Source of the DNA: Nitrososphaerales archaeon
GTDB taxonomy: Archaea > Thermoproteota > Nitrososphaeria > Nitrososphaerales > UBA213
Assembly (NCBI GenBank): GCA_965197925.1
Contig: CBDAOC010000020.1
Coordinates: 1,001,497-1,065,496 of the forward strand
Length of the DNA stretch: 64,000 bases
Reading direction: 5' to 3'
The position numbers and the translations under genes are program-made. This document shows, in pieces, positions 19,939-31,384 of this stretch. Numbering within the stretch: position 1 is the first letter of the stretch; each line of letters opens with the position of its first letter. The notes beneath the pieces were generated by a model. The model searched no databases, was not told the DNA's origin, and worked only from the letters and a program-made list of their open reading frames with translations.

Positions 19939-21366
19939 ATGCGAGTGGGTTTAGCAATAATTCTTGCCGTGGTAATAGCAAGTTCAATTCTCTTGAATAG
20001 TTATTCAATATTACCTCCGGCTTTTGGACATGGACTTGGGAAGCAAGAAACGCAGCCTCAAAATGTTGGCGATCGCATAGCTTTCATGATTGTGAAGATT
20101 GCCCCAGAATTGATAGAATATGGGGAATTGAAGGATATTATGTTAACAATGGAGTTAGTTGACGCTCAGACTGAGGAGAAGATACCAGGTACAGCTTATC
20201 ATCTAATTATAGAGAAATTTGCTGATGACATATTACTGTTGGACGAAGCCTTTCATATCATGAGTGACAGCGATACACTTGTTATCAATTTCAAAACTTC
20301 TGACGAGGGAGATGTAGTAGTAAATGGTATGAAGATAGGTGAAACCCTAGGTTACATGGCTTCTGAGGATGAACTTGTTGTTGAGGGTCCTATTTTCAAC
20401 CAACTGGGGTTGTATCGTTTTACGATCGAGGTTGTTGCAATGGAGGGTGAAACTTTGGATCGGGAAACAAGATCGACATATGAGGCCCTTATTACGCTTG
20501 CTGAGAGCAAGACCTACATTGTAACATACGATGAGGAGGAGTATAACTTGGAAACGATCTCGTATTTTGATAATATCGTAGATTTCAAGTTTGATCCTGA
20601 CAGTAAGAGTATAAAGATGACAATGCCATTCAGGTGGCAGAAGGATTTCGTGGAGCAGATACCATTGTTGCATGCTGAGATCTTCATCCCAAAAGCGTTC
20701 TCAGAATTGGCGGGACAGGAGTTAGGTGGTTTGATAAATGGTATTGAAGATCCAATATTCGTTGACCGTTCTCCTCCGGACGAGGTGGTGGTTCACTATA
20801 TGACACCGAACAACCGCCTGCTCAACCTTTCGGAATTGATCACCAATGATGGGATGGAGGATGATATAGTTGAATTTGGCCTTGTGAGTATGGGTGCTGT
20901 TGAAGAAGAAAATGGGAAACCCTTACCCATGCCAGTTCCAACAGGTGATTGGTCACTTGTAATGCAAACTTCCACTAGTGGTGAAAGTATTCTGGTTAAG
21001 GTTCAATGGTCACCATTAACCATCAAAACTGAGGAGGATGTTACCTTCAAGCTGGAGTTCATAGATCCTGATACAAAAGAGGAAATCGAGGACGTTAGAT
21101 ACGACATAATGTTGTATGATCCTGATGAAAATCATGTGGATGCTTCACATAGGTCAAAGCAGACGACAGGTACCCAAAGCTACACATTTGATAGAGTTGG
21201 GACTTTTACACTGCTACTTACGAACGTGAATTTTAGTGGAGAAAGTGCAGAATTCCACCTGTCCGTCGTTCCCGAGTTTCCAGTTGGAGTCTTGATTGCA
21301 ACCGGTGTTATGATAGCGGGTATGTTGGCATTGGTGAGGTTCAAAGGACCGGCAATCAAATTATAA
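19939..21366 (+). CDS. PEF-CTERM surface protein with predicted His1 (paralogue 3)
   Basis: AFG|HGLGK; SYFDNI, MPFRW, LHAE and VVHY motifs; VVPEFP + TM. Confidence 0.85.
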   Translation: MRVGLAIILAVVIASSILLNSYSILPPAFGHGLGKQETQPQNVGDRIAFMIVKIAPELIEYGELKDIMLTMELVDAQTEEKIPGTAYHLIIEKFADDILLLDEAFHIMSDSDTLVINFKTSDEGDVVVNGMKIGETLGYMASEDELVVEGPIFNQLGLYRFTIEVVAMEGETLDRETRSTYEALITLAESKTYIVTYDEEEYNLETISYFDNIVDFKFDPDSKSIKMTMPFRWQKDFVEQIPLLHAEIFIPKAFSELAGQELGGLINGIEDPIFVDRSPPDEVVVHYMTPNNRLLNLSELITNDGMEDDIVEFGLVSMGAVEEENGKPLPMPVPTGDWSLVMQTSTSGESILVKVQWSPLTIKTEEDVTFKLEFIDPDTKEEIEDVRYDIMLYDPDENHVDASHRSKQTTGTQSYTFDRVGTFTLLLTNVNFSGESAEFHLSVVPEFPVGVLIATGVMIAGMLALVRFKGPAIKL

Positions 21367-21478
21367 GATAATTCCATGCCTGATTTTGCCAAAATTTGTA
21401 TTTGAAATAACATAATCATTACCACTGTAATCATAATGGGAGCGGTCTTTATACTATTATTTGAATTTGCATATAATT

Positions 21479-22570
21479 GAGGCTTGGGCGTAATTTAGTT
21501 CGAAACGATAAGATCAGGTTTCAATTTTCATTGGTAATGTGTTTAGCTCAGACTCCATTACTTCTTCGTATATTATTTTTGATTGGTGTGATTTGGTCAA
21601 AACCTAATAGGAAAAGGGGTAGACCATTTTATTATTCTCCTACAGTTATGGTAGATGCTTCATCGTTAGAGTATGGATAAGAATACCAAGCAACAATGCT
21701 TTGTATGAATATTTTTCGATAGACATGCCATACAACAGGAAGGTAATGAAGGCATGTGGTCTTGATAGGTTGCCAGACAGAAGAACATTCGACAGAAGGT
21801 CAAGGCCATATCAATTGACATAAGATCAAGGATAGATGTTATGGGTATGCTCTTCATAAAAGATGGGTTGGTAGACCCAGCCATAATATCCGTTGACAGT
21901 TCATTGTTGAAAGCAAAGGGACATGTATGGCATAGATCAAACATGAAGAAGAACGAAGTGCCACGCTCCGGTATAGATACAGATGCTCGATGGGGATTCA
22001 GCAGAACCAAGGGATGGGTATTCGGATACAAGATGCATCTAGCATGTAGTACTGGTTCGTTGATAGTTCCATTATCAGCTGATTTCACAACAGCTAACAT
22101 TACTGATAACAAGATGTATGAAAGCATAACATCTTCATTGCCTACAGGAATGGTAAGGTATGTTGTAGGAGATGAAGGATATGATGATCACAAGTTATGT
22201 GATTTCAGCAGGTATAGAGGGTATCCAGTATTCCCATTGGAAAGGTACAAGCATACTACAGATAATAATAGACTGGCATTGCTGCGGTTCTATCAATCTG
22301 AATTTAGACAGCATGTATATTCTCGGAGGAGCATAAGCGTTGAACCATTGATAGAGCAGATAAAGGATGTATTTGATATAGACTCATTACCAGTTAGAGG
22401 ATTTGATAAAGTAAGGAGCATCGTTCTGATTTCTATATTGCTATACCAGCTGATGGTATACTACAACTACTTGACAGGAAGACCATTAAGGGCATTGAAG
22501 CACATGTTGGGAAGTTAATCAATCAGAGGCATCAAGTTATTTTTGTTATATGGAATAATGCTCATACCTC
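21479..22570 (+). mobile_element. IS type A copy 2 (1092 bp) with 8-bp target duplication
   Basis: Ends GAGGCTTGGGCGTAATT / AATAATGCTCATACCTC; ATATAATT at 21471-21478 and 22571-22578; DSS, GYKMH, GDEGYD and VEP motifs; 5' frameshifts. Confidence 0.95.
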
Positions 22571-22822
22571 ATATAATTATCATTTTTAGCATGACGATGT
22601 CCAGGTGGTTAACACATGCTTTGATCTTGAATATCATATTATTTCCAGGGGTCTTAAGAATTCGAAGATCTACTACACCTAAATATCGATTTACTTGATA
22701 CATGGAGTCTAAAAATTGTGACCAGTGATTTACCGTACATGGCTGTAGCTTTTGAAAATCAATAAATGTAATATCAAATCCAAAAATAACTATCTCTCAA
22801 AATACCTGAACAAATCTAAATC

Positions 22823-23278
22823 TTACCTAACGGAGACAAAAAATCTTGCAGTCTCTATGGGCATAGGTTGGAAGAATACGCCTTCAACATCAACCCGGAT
22901 TATAAAATCACCATCATATGGAAATGTATATGTTGCAATTACTATACCCGGATTAGAATGTATGAGGGGGGTTTCATAAATCTCACTCCCATTCCTCTCC
23001 ACAAACAATCTATAGTCGATATGCTCCTGTGTCAGATCTTTGTCTTTCTGAAGGAATCGCATACGCAAGTTTGTTTCCTGACCCTGTTCAAGGGGTGATG
23101 GAGTCAAAGAGAGCTCCACGTCAAGTCTAGCCTTGTCAGTTGGTAGGACTAAAATTTTTGTAGAGGATTTCTGATCAGAATAATTTGAACCAGTTGAAGC
23201 CATTGATACAACAACTGCTATTATTACCGCAGCAACAATCCCCACTCCTATTACTCGAACCTTTTGACCAGGTTTCAT
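22823..23278 (-). CDS. N-terminally anchored YtkA/Ig-like protein, paralogue of 697..1236
   Basis: RFLQKDK, EHIDY, HSNPG and DVEGVFFQP shared with 697..1236. Confidence 0.8.
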   Translation of the reverse strand: MKPGQKVRVIGVGIVAAVIIAVVVSMASTGSNYSDQKSSTKILVLPTDKARLDVELSLTPSPLEQGQETNLRMRFLQKDKDLTQEHIDYRLFVERNGSEIYETPLIHSNPGIVIATYTFPYDGDFIIRVDVEGVFFQPMPIETARFFVSVR

Positions 23279-23388
23279 AAATTATGCATTGTATGTTGTC
23301 TGTAGTTAATATGCATTAAATCCATTGCTGATCCTCCTAAACAATTGGTTCTAAAATAAAATTATAGGTTAGTGGGAGTTTTCCTCAT

Positions 23389-23943
23389 CTATAACAATCT
23401 GATCTTCCTAGCCAAAATAACCCCTAGAACAATTGCAAATCCACCACCAACAACAGCAATAATTATCGGTTCAATAGAATTCCTTGGAACAGCACCCTCC
23501 GTTGATGATACACTTGGATTATCCTCTTTTTCAGTTACAACAACATTAAAATCCACAGAAATTGGAGGTGCATTAAAAGGCACTTTGGCTTCAAGCAAGA
23601 CCCTGTAATTTCCTGTATTTGGAAATACAAACGGCTCATATATGTCGCTAAATTCGTATATGTTCTCAAGGGTAGTCACCACCATCCCATCATTATCGAA
23701 AATTTGTATTGTGGTGGGTAGATTGAATAAGTTTAGACCATCTTCATCCAGAATGGAAATGCCTAGAGTGGTGGTCTCATTGGGAGAAGGATAAGTAGGA
23801 AAGCTCTGGAAAGTGACATCGTAATTTCCTACTTGCTTGGTTACCCCTCCATACAAATGGGCATCTAAAGAAGGGAAATGGATAATAAGGAAGCAAAATG
23901 ACAAAGAGAAAAATAATAATGAAATTGACTTGACCGGGATCAC
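23389..23943 (-). CDS. Surface protein with predicted His1 and C-terminal TM
   Basis: LDA|HLYGG; domain homologous to the N-terminus of 27141..28331. Confidence 0.75.
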   Translation of the reverse strand: MIPVKSISLLFFSLSFCFLIIHFPSLDAHLYGGVTKQVGNYDVTFQSFPTYPSPNETTTLGISILDEDGLNLFNLPTTIQIFDNDGMVVTTLENIYEFSDIYEPFVFPNTGNYRVLLEAKVPFNAPPISVDFNVVVTEKEDNPSVSSTEGAVPRNSIEPIIIAVVGGGFAIVLGVILARKIRLL

Positions 23944-24227
23944 TTGAATATGTGAAAGCTCATATTATTTATCTGTACTGCAGAAATAATTTTGATTATT
24001 CTTAGCTTGTCAATAGTTTCAATGCCAGAGAATCCACACTTAAATTATTTCTTTTAAAATCAATATTTCATATGTTCATAACATTCCTATTCCAGGTTTC
24101 TTGATCATGAAAATACAAACTTTATCATCTAGGGGTACAACTTTCCTGTTGTGCAACACGAGCAATTTTGCCTGTGTACATAATGCCACGAAAAGAGTTT
24201 AAAATCTAGGGGTGAATATAATATTTA

Positions 24228-24872
24228 TTGAGCTCACAGAATCTAGTCATTAAGGCCTATAGAAAATATGCAGATAATTACGATTTGGTGGTAAAGTTTT
24301 ACCGTCTGTTAGGAATCAAAATTGGAAAATATCGAAAAATTACGGTAGATGCACTAGAGTTGTCAAAGGGAGATATAGTTGTGGAATTGGGTTGTGGAAC
24401 TGGATTGAATTTCCCTCTAGTTTTAGATGTAATCGGTCCAGATGGAAAGCTAATAGGAGTAGACATCACTGACAAAATGCTTGATCAAGCAAGAAAAAGA
24501 GTAAAAGGAAATGAGTGGAATAATGTTGAATTGGTACAAAGTGATGCTGCAGAATACAACTTCCCAAAAGATGTAGATGGAATTTTCGCAACTGGTGTAA
24601 TTCAATATTCTCCACAATGTGATAAGATAATCAAGCACGGATATGACGCATTAAAAACTGGTAAGAATTTTGTGATACTTGATTTTAAAATGTCACAGGG
24701 GACAGCCAGAATCTTTGCACCATTATTGCTTTATTTAACAAAACCCTTTTTCTCCAATAAAGAGTATATGGTACGCTCTGCATGGAAATCAATTGAAAAG
24801 TATTTCGAAAAAACTTCATTTAAAGAAGGTTGGGGCGGTTTTTTGTATATTTCAGTTGGGAAAAAGATCTAG
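24228..24872 (+). CDS. Class I SAM-dependent methyltransferase (UbiE-like)
   Basis: VELGCGTG motif I, GVDIT, ILDF. Confidence 0.88.
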   Translation: MSSQNLVIKAYRKYADNYDLVVKFYRLLGIKIGKYRKITVDALELSKGDIVVELGCGTGLNFPLVLDVIGPDGKLIGVDITDKMLDQARKRVKGNEWNNVELVQSDAAEYNFPKDVDGIFATGVIQYSPQCDKIIKHGYDALKTGKNFVILDFKMSQGTARIFAPLLLYLTKPFFSNKEYMVRSAWKSIEKYFEKTSFKEGWGGFLYISVGKKI

Positions 24873-25019
24873 AAATTATCAGGAATAGAGATGGCTAGAT
24901 AAATAGCAATAATAGGAATTGGTAAAATACAATCTACATATTAAAATTCAATTTCTTAATTAGGCGTTCATAATAACTTCCTGGTCTCTTCCAACGCTAT
25001 TAACCCGTTAACTAAGTAC

Positions 25020-25779
25020 TCAGATTATGAAGAGTTCTAACATTCCGATCTTGTACATTATGTATACACCAAATCCAATGTTTGTTAAAGCTGCAGTCAC
25101 TTTGATATGTTGGCTTATTTTCCCATGTCTTTTTTCGATGTAGACAAATGGCATCCCTATAATTGTACTAATTAATATCATACCAACTATGGATCCTATT
25201 CCGAAGATCACTATGTATGTTAGCCCTACCGGAATGGAGTCCAGTGTAGATAACACCACAAGCATGAGCACTGCTCCCTGCGAGCCCATGCATCATTCCT
25301 ATAATGAGAGCTTTATGGCTGTGAGAGTGTCCATCATAATCAATACCATGCTCATGACTATGAGGATGAACATGAATTTTATCGCCGTGGTAATGTAGGT
25401 GAATATGTTTTCCAGTAAACATTGTAAAGAAATTATCCAAGAGCTTGTTGCTTTTCACACTTCTTAGTGAAGCAAGTCCTAGAATGAGGAGCATTACTCC
25501 TACACCAAACTCCAGCGATAATCCCAGATCCTTGGGTATATTCACTGCCAGCAGTAGTACGGCAAGTCCTACGAGGGATAATGTTAAAGTGTGGCCTAAT
25601 CTCAAGAATGCGCCAAGCAGCGAGGCTTTGGTAAGTTTCTTGTTTCTGCTCAGCAATGTAGTAACAGCTACAACATGGTCGGCTTCAGTGGCATGTTGCA
25701 GACCTACAATGAATCCAAAAGTAAGAAATGCTAATGGATAACCTGTTAATTCACTTTGTATGAAAGATTCAAACATCAA
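25020..25779 (-). pseudogene. NiCoT/UreH-like Ni/Co permease, frameshifted near 25275
   Basis: HATEADH (HX4DH), GHT, His-rich loop, HGLAGS; C-terminal FGIGS..GM helices in a second frame. Confidence 0.85.
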
Positions 25780-25898
25780 TACTCCTTAACATTTACTTTC
25801 AAGGTTTTTATCATTTTTATCTTGAAACAGCATACATTTTTCCCCATCTGGTTAAGTACTCACTTCTGCTTTTTATAGGAAGCGTTTTATCTAATAAT

Positions 25899-26778
25899 CA
25901 ACTGATCCCAAAACTGATCATTTAGTGAATAATTGACGATCATTTGGATCTATTTGCAATGCTGCCCGTAGCAGATCATGAAATTTCAGGAGATAACAGG
26001 TGAACAATGGAAGATGATATCACCGCATCTCCCCAAGCCAGCCAGAACCGGAAGGCCAAGGGCAGACGACAGAAAGACAGTCAACGGAATCCTGTTTGTC
26101 GGGATAACAGGATGCAGGTGGACTGGGATGTCACAAAGGTACGGCTCCAAATCAACTGCGCACCGCAGACTGCAGAACTGGCAGCGACGTGGAATATGGA
26201 AGAATATCCTCTCCGCTGCAGTCAAATCAGCCCACAGATCAGGCAAGATGCAGCTGCAAAAAACGGTCGATTCGTCATCAATTCCGGCCAAAAAAGGGGA
26301 AGCGTCATAGGATACAACGGATTCAACAGGATTTCAGGCACAAAAATACACGTTGCGGTGGAACAAAACGGACTGCCAGTCTCAGTAGTGATGGGTCCTG
26401 CAAATCAGCATGACTCTGCAAGATTTGTAGACGTGATGGATGGCATCTCACAATATCTGGATGAGAGATCTATCAGAAAAATTGCGCGGTGCCAAGCAGA
26501 CAAGGGCTATGATGCAGAATTCATCAGGAAATACCTCACCAAAAGAAAAATCTCTGACTGCATACCTTACAGAAAAAACAGTAAGACACAACAACAAAAT
26601 GATGATACAGAACAATACCTATACGGCAAGACGCGCTATGTTGTGGAGAGATTCTTTGCCTGGTTGAAGAATGGGTTCCACAGAACCAGGATCAGATATG
26701 AGAAGAATGCACAAAACTATCTGGCATTTGTTATCATTTCGTCGATTATGATGTATTGGAGAGTATTGGGATGACTTT
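25899..26778 (+). mobile_element. IS type C copy 1 (IS5 family, two-ORF -1 frameshift type)
   Basis: Imperfect 16-bp TIRs, AAT duplication at both flanks, slippery AAAAAAG at ORF junction, VDSS/ADKGYD/VERFF motifs. Confidence 0.92.
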
Positions 26779-27140
26779 AATGTATCACGACACCCTTCTT
26801 ATATCAGTTTATTTGGTGCAAGTTTTCTTTCGATGTTTATATTGCATATACAGAGATTAATGAAGTGTGTACGTAGAGGATTTGGGTCATTTATTTGGCA
26901 ATAACTACGGTAGTTACCGGTATAGTGAGCTTATAGACAAGATAAGATTCATCTTAAATACATAAACCATGACAGAAATCCATCAAGTGTCATGACAGTA
27001 TTATCGTAAAATCCAGTTTTTTGAACCATTACGTTTCTTCAGTCTATGCATGGGAAGTAAAACACCATCGTTCCAACGAGAAATGATTACTAAACCTAAC
27101 ACCAATTCATTTAAATTAAATTGCAACTTCACGAAAACAG

Positions 27141-28331
27141 ATGAAATATTATTTTTCAATTATAATTATTTTGTTATTAATGACTCCTGTTATCGCAGAA
27201 GGTCATCTGCTTGTTGGAGAAACCAATCAAGTCAGAGGTTATAATGTGACATACATGAGTACACCATCCAAACCCATACTAGGTGATGATGTTTTACTTG
27301 CGTTCAGCATTGTACGTGATGATGTTGATGTTTTCAACGTATTAACAAAGTTAACTTTTATGAAGAATGATGCCATTATAGGAACAATTTCAGAAACCAG
27401 ATACCCAGCAGGTGATTTCTTTGTCCCATTCACGTTCACAGAGGATGGTCTTTACAGAATTGTGTTAGAAGCAAAAGTGAGTGGAGAATTGGAACCGATA
27501 GTGGTCACTTTTGATCAGAGAGTTGGGTTAATACCAACTGAAACTACTTCCACAGAAATTTTGGATGTGAACAAGGCAATATTATTATCTGTAGCTATTG
27601 GAGTGGTTCCACTATTTATCGGTCTTACCAATTCTAAACTTTCACACAAACTTCGTGACTCATTTAAAGGTTTCATTACCAGTATAGCATTCGGTATAGT
27701 GATATTTTCGTTAATAGATCTGTTCGGAGGGGCTTCAAGACTAGGTATTGATTTTGGTTTGAGAGCAATTCCTCTACAATCAACTCTCTTACTGGCTTTT
27801 GCACTAGGTCTTGTCATTCCATTTGCAGTGGAAGGGTATTCAAAAACCAAAGGAAATGTAGAATCGAAAATCGTGACTTATTCTTTAGTATACCTTTTTG
27901 CGTTGGCGGTAGCTTTTCATAGTTTTGCGGAGGGGGTGGTCATAGGGTTTGATCTGCAGGCTGGATATTCTTTTACTTTTACTCAACAATCTCTGCAAGG
28001 AACAAGCTTCTTCATGCATAAAATAGCTGAGGGCTTAGTCATATCGATACCCGTCATGTTGATCAAACCAAAGGCAGAGACATTCATATTGGCAGGTGTG
28101 GTAGCCTCCATTCCCTTACTCGTTGGGATTTCTACCGCATATCTGAACATTCCCGGCTTAGCGGCATCATATGGATTTGCGTTGGGGGCTGGAGCATCTA
28201 CATATGTTCTCTTCAAACTCAGTTATCTTTCGAATTTGCTTCTGAAAAACAAGATGTTGATATTTTCAGGAATTGTCATAGGATTGTTTTACACGTATTT
28301 TGCTGGATGGATTCATGCAATAGAGATTTAA
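27141..28331 (+). CDS. ZIP-family metal transporter with His1 extracellular domain
   Basis: AEG|HLLVG; TM motifs HSFAEG and HKIAEG resemble the ZIP HNxPEG pair. Confidence 0.8.
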   Translation: MKYYFSIIIILLLMTPVIAEGHLLVGETNQVRGYNVTYMSTPSKPILGDDVLLAFSIVRDDVDVFNVLTKLTFMKNDAIIGTISETRYPAGDFFVPFTFTEDGLYRIVLEAKVSGELEPIVVTFDQRVGLIPTETTSTEILDVNKAILLSVAIGVVPLFIGLTNSKLSHKLRDSFKGFITSIAFGIVIFSLIDLFGGASRLGIDFGLRAIPLQSTLLLAFALGLVIPFAVEGYSKTKGNVESKIVTYSLVYLFALAVAFHSFAEGVVIGFDLQAGYSFTFTQQSLQGTSFFMHKIAEGLVISIPVMLIKPKAETFILAGVVASIPLLVGISTAYLNIPGLAASYGFALGAGASTYVLFKLSYLSNLLLKNKMLIFSGIVIGLFYTYFAGWIHAIEI

Positions 28332-28369
28332 GGATAGATATGGGCTTGTAATAGAAGGCTTGGAGTGTA

Positions 28370-28681
28370 TTGGTTAGTAAAGGTTTAGGAGCAGGGATAG
28401 GCGGTGTTGTTGTGGTGGTTATGGTGTTGGCCGGTTTATTCATAGTAGCCGAATTTAGGCAGCAGCAAAATCCTTTTGAATTCTGGGCGAATCAACCTAC
28501 GACATTCATGGATTCGACCGAATATTACCCGGATGAAATATTAGGACGATCAAACGAAGATACGATTGCTATGTGTAAAGCAATGCTTGATACAACAATA
28601 GAAAAGGACAGATTCGTAGATAAGGATATTAATTATTGTGAGGAATTTTTGGAGCACGTTGAAGAAAAAAGTAATGGATAA
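28370..28681 (+). CDS. Small membrane-anchored hypothetical protein
   Basis: N-terminal TM helix, clean ORF. Confidence 0.6.
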   Translation: MVSKGLGAGIGGVVVVVMVLAGLFIVAEFRQQQNPFEFWANQPTTFMDSTEYYPDEILGRSNEDTIAMCKAMLDTTIEKDRFVDKDINYCEEFLEHVEEKSNG

Positions 28682-28801
28682 GAATGAAGTTTTATTTTAT
28701 TAATTAAGAAGATCAAGAACCATTATTTCTCGTTTTGTTGTACCTACATATTACCTACATATGGCAACATTATGTCATAGAAACTTGTGATGTAATAAAT
28801 A

Positions 28802-30560
28802 CTAATATTCTTGGGGGCAGTTGGAGACAGTTTCAACCGTGAGACATTGATCGGTACCAATCCTTCCATCTAGTTTGCCTTCACCACCAGCTCCTAAAAG
28901 TAAATCATCACCTTAGTTTCCTTCAAGGTCATCATTACCAGAACCCCCGAAGAGTCGATCGTTACTAACACGTCCAAAAATTTGATGCCATCTTTACCGC
29001 CAAACAACTCGTCATTATCGAAACCTCCGGATAGCCTATCGGTCCCGATACCTCCAAACAATACATTCTCACCCGGGCCACCAAATATCATATCGTTGCC
29101 CTCAATGCCATATATCCAACTCATCTCAAAACTAACCATTTAGACAATTTTTAGCGACCATTTAGATCCATGAATAGCGACATCTAAAATTATTTTATGA
29201 AATTCCAAGAATTATCAGACAAACAGTGGAGTATGATGGAATCACACATACCACCACATGCAAAAACTGGCAGGCCTAGGGATGATGATAGAAAAATCAT
29301 TAACGGAATAATCCATGTTCTAACTACTGGATGCCGATGGGACGATATGCCAAAAAGATATGGTGATGATTCTACTGCAAACAGAAGGTTAAACAAATGG
29401 CAACAAAAAGGAATCTGGAAAAAGATTCTATCACGTACTATTCACTCAGCACATAAATCTGGCAAAATTAATCTACAAAAAATATCAGTTGACTCTTCAT
29501 CCATTCCTGATAAAAAAGGGGCAATGTAACTGGATATAATGGATTCAAGAGAATAACAGGTACAAAAATACATGCCGCAGTAGAGGGTAACGGATTTCCA
29601 ATATCCATACTGTTGAGTCCAGCAAATGAACATGACAGTACAAAATGCATGGATGTTACAGGATCAATTTCAGACTATCTTGATGATGATTCAATACAAC
29701 AGATAGAATCAGTTTATGCAGACAAAATGATGCAAAATACATCAGAATGTATTTGTGGGATAGAAATATTGCATGTTGCATCCCATACAAAATAAATTCC
29801 AAGTTCATCTTGCAAAATAATGATTACAAACATTACAGCAAGACAAGATTTGTAGTTGAGAGATTCCTTGCATGGCTCAAGAATGGATTTCACAGAACAA
29901 GAAGCAGGTATGAAAGAACGGCAGAAAACTACCTGGCATTTGTTAATCTTGCATCATTTTTGATGTATTGTAGGGTTTTGAGATGAGTTGATCGTGTCTC
30001 CCTCCACTACCGTAAATTATATCATTACCAATACCATCTATAATATCATCATCGCCGGGACTACAACAGACATTGTCGTTGCCGACCAAGCCATGTATTA
30101 CATCAACTTCAGGAGTTCCCAGTATAACATCATCAACTTCAGTTCCTAGTATGGTACCCGGTAACCTATCACACATTTGTGGTTCGGCCACACATTGGGT
30201 ATTTATGGTGACATCTGTATTTTCTATAAAGGCGTCAGTGTCAAATGTGTTAAAGACCACATCAGATATGGAAGCAGGTGTGTCTGTTACAGGAGAACCA
30301 ATATCTTTAACGTTAGCATTGCTATCTTCTAAAAAGTCTTCACTGCAATCACCTACTTTGCTCTCTGAATCAAGCTTGAGTATCCAGACATCTCTGGAAC
30401 CCGTGCCAGATGATTCCGTAAATCCCAACGCCACATATCCTCCATCAAAAGTCTGCTGTATAGAATTTCTACTCGAACTGTCAAAAAGAGGATCGCCATA
30501 GGTCTTGGACCATGTACTCTGTACTGCAGGTTTCCACTAATTGCAATGGCATAGTCGGCA
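28802..30560 (-). pseudogene. RTX/haemolysin-type Ca-binding repeat surface protein, interrupted by IS and frameshifted
   Basis: GGxGxD repeats on both sides of the IS; removing the IS and one ATC restores DTIYGIEGND. Confidence 0.8.
29117..29990 (+). mobile_element. IS type C copy 2 (IS5 family), degraded
   Basis: Perfect TIR CAACTCATCTCAAAAC, ATC target duplication, homologous to 25899..26778. Confidence 0.93.
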
Positions 30561-31384
30561 GTAGAACACCAAGTAGCAATATAGCAGTCATGGCCTCATA
30601 TCCTGCTAGCATGCATTCAGTATACAGTAAAATAATTTATTTCTTATTGAAGGCGAAATAGGTATCGCCAAGCCCGTACTTGGATATATCACGTTCTTTA
30701 GGATGTAGTACGTGGTAAATGAATAAGCAAATAATATCGTAATGGACCCTCCATAACAAGAAGCAGAAACCCACATTCAGCACTTACATTCATTTCATGA
30801 TAATTGATTAAAAGAGGGGGAAAAACCTGATCAAACGCCGTAATAGCTCCAATGGAGAAAAAGAAGGGGAAAATGTTGGTTCCAAACCAAGTCTAGCATA
30901 TGATTCCCCCTTTACTTATCCCAGTCCAGAGAGGGGAAGGATTGAGTTTGAAACTGGATCTAGAATTTTTGCAATCTGCAGGGTAAGATCAAGGATAAAA
31001 CTACCAGCAGAAAGTTGTACAATTTTGAAGATAACATAATGATTGTAAAACGATTAATTAAAAGTGGTTTTATTTAGAAAATATTATACAAACACGACAG
31101 GTAAGATGATCGTCGTTAAGGTTCTTATACGGTTATAGGTATGAATATTAAAATTGAATTGTTGAACCAACTGTTAAACTTGGCAATATTTGTATATCCT
31201 ATTCCCTGTATGCAAATTCATTGAAATATTGGGTGATGAACATTAAGAGAAAATTAAAATGAAATACGAGTCTAATTTTTTACTTTCATCACATTATTAA
31301 AATAATCATGAAAACCTGATTGATCCCTAACATCATTATATTACACTAGAACGTTTATGAGGTTTAATTTCCGCTAAAAATAAA

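Noticed and set aside
21666..22127. Recurrent antisense ORFs in IS type A (also 33376, 39950, 59678)
   Set aside because: Shadows of the repeated transposase with variable ends; the same applies to most short antisense ORFs in the track
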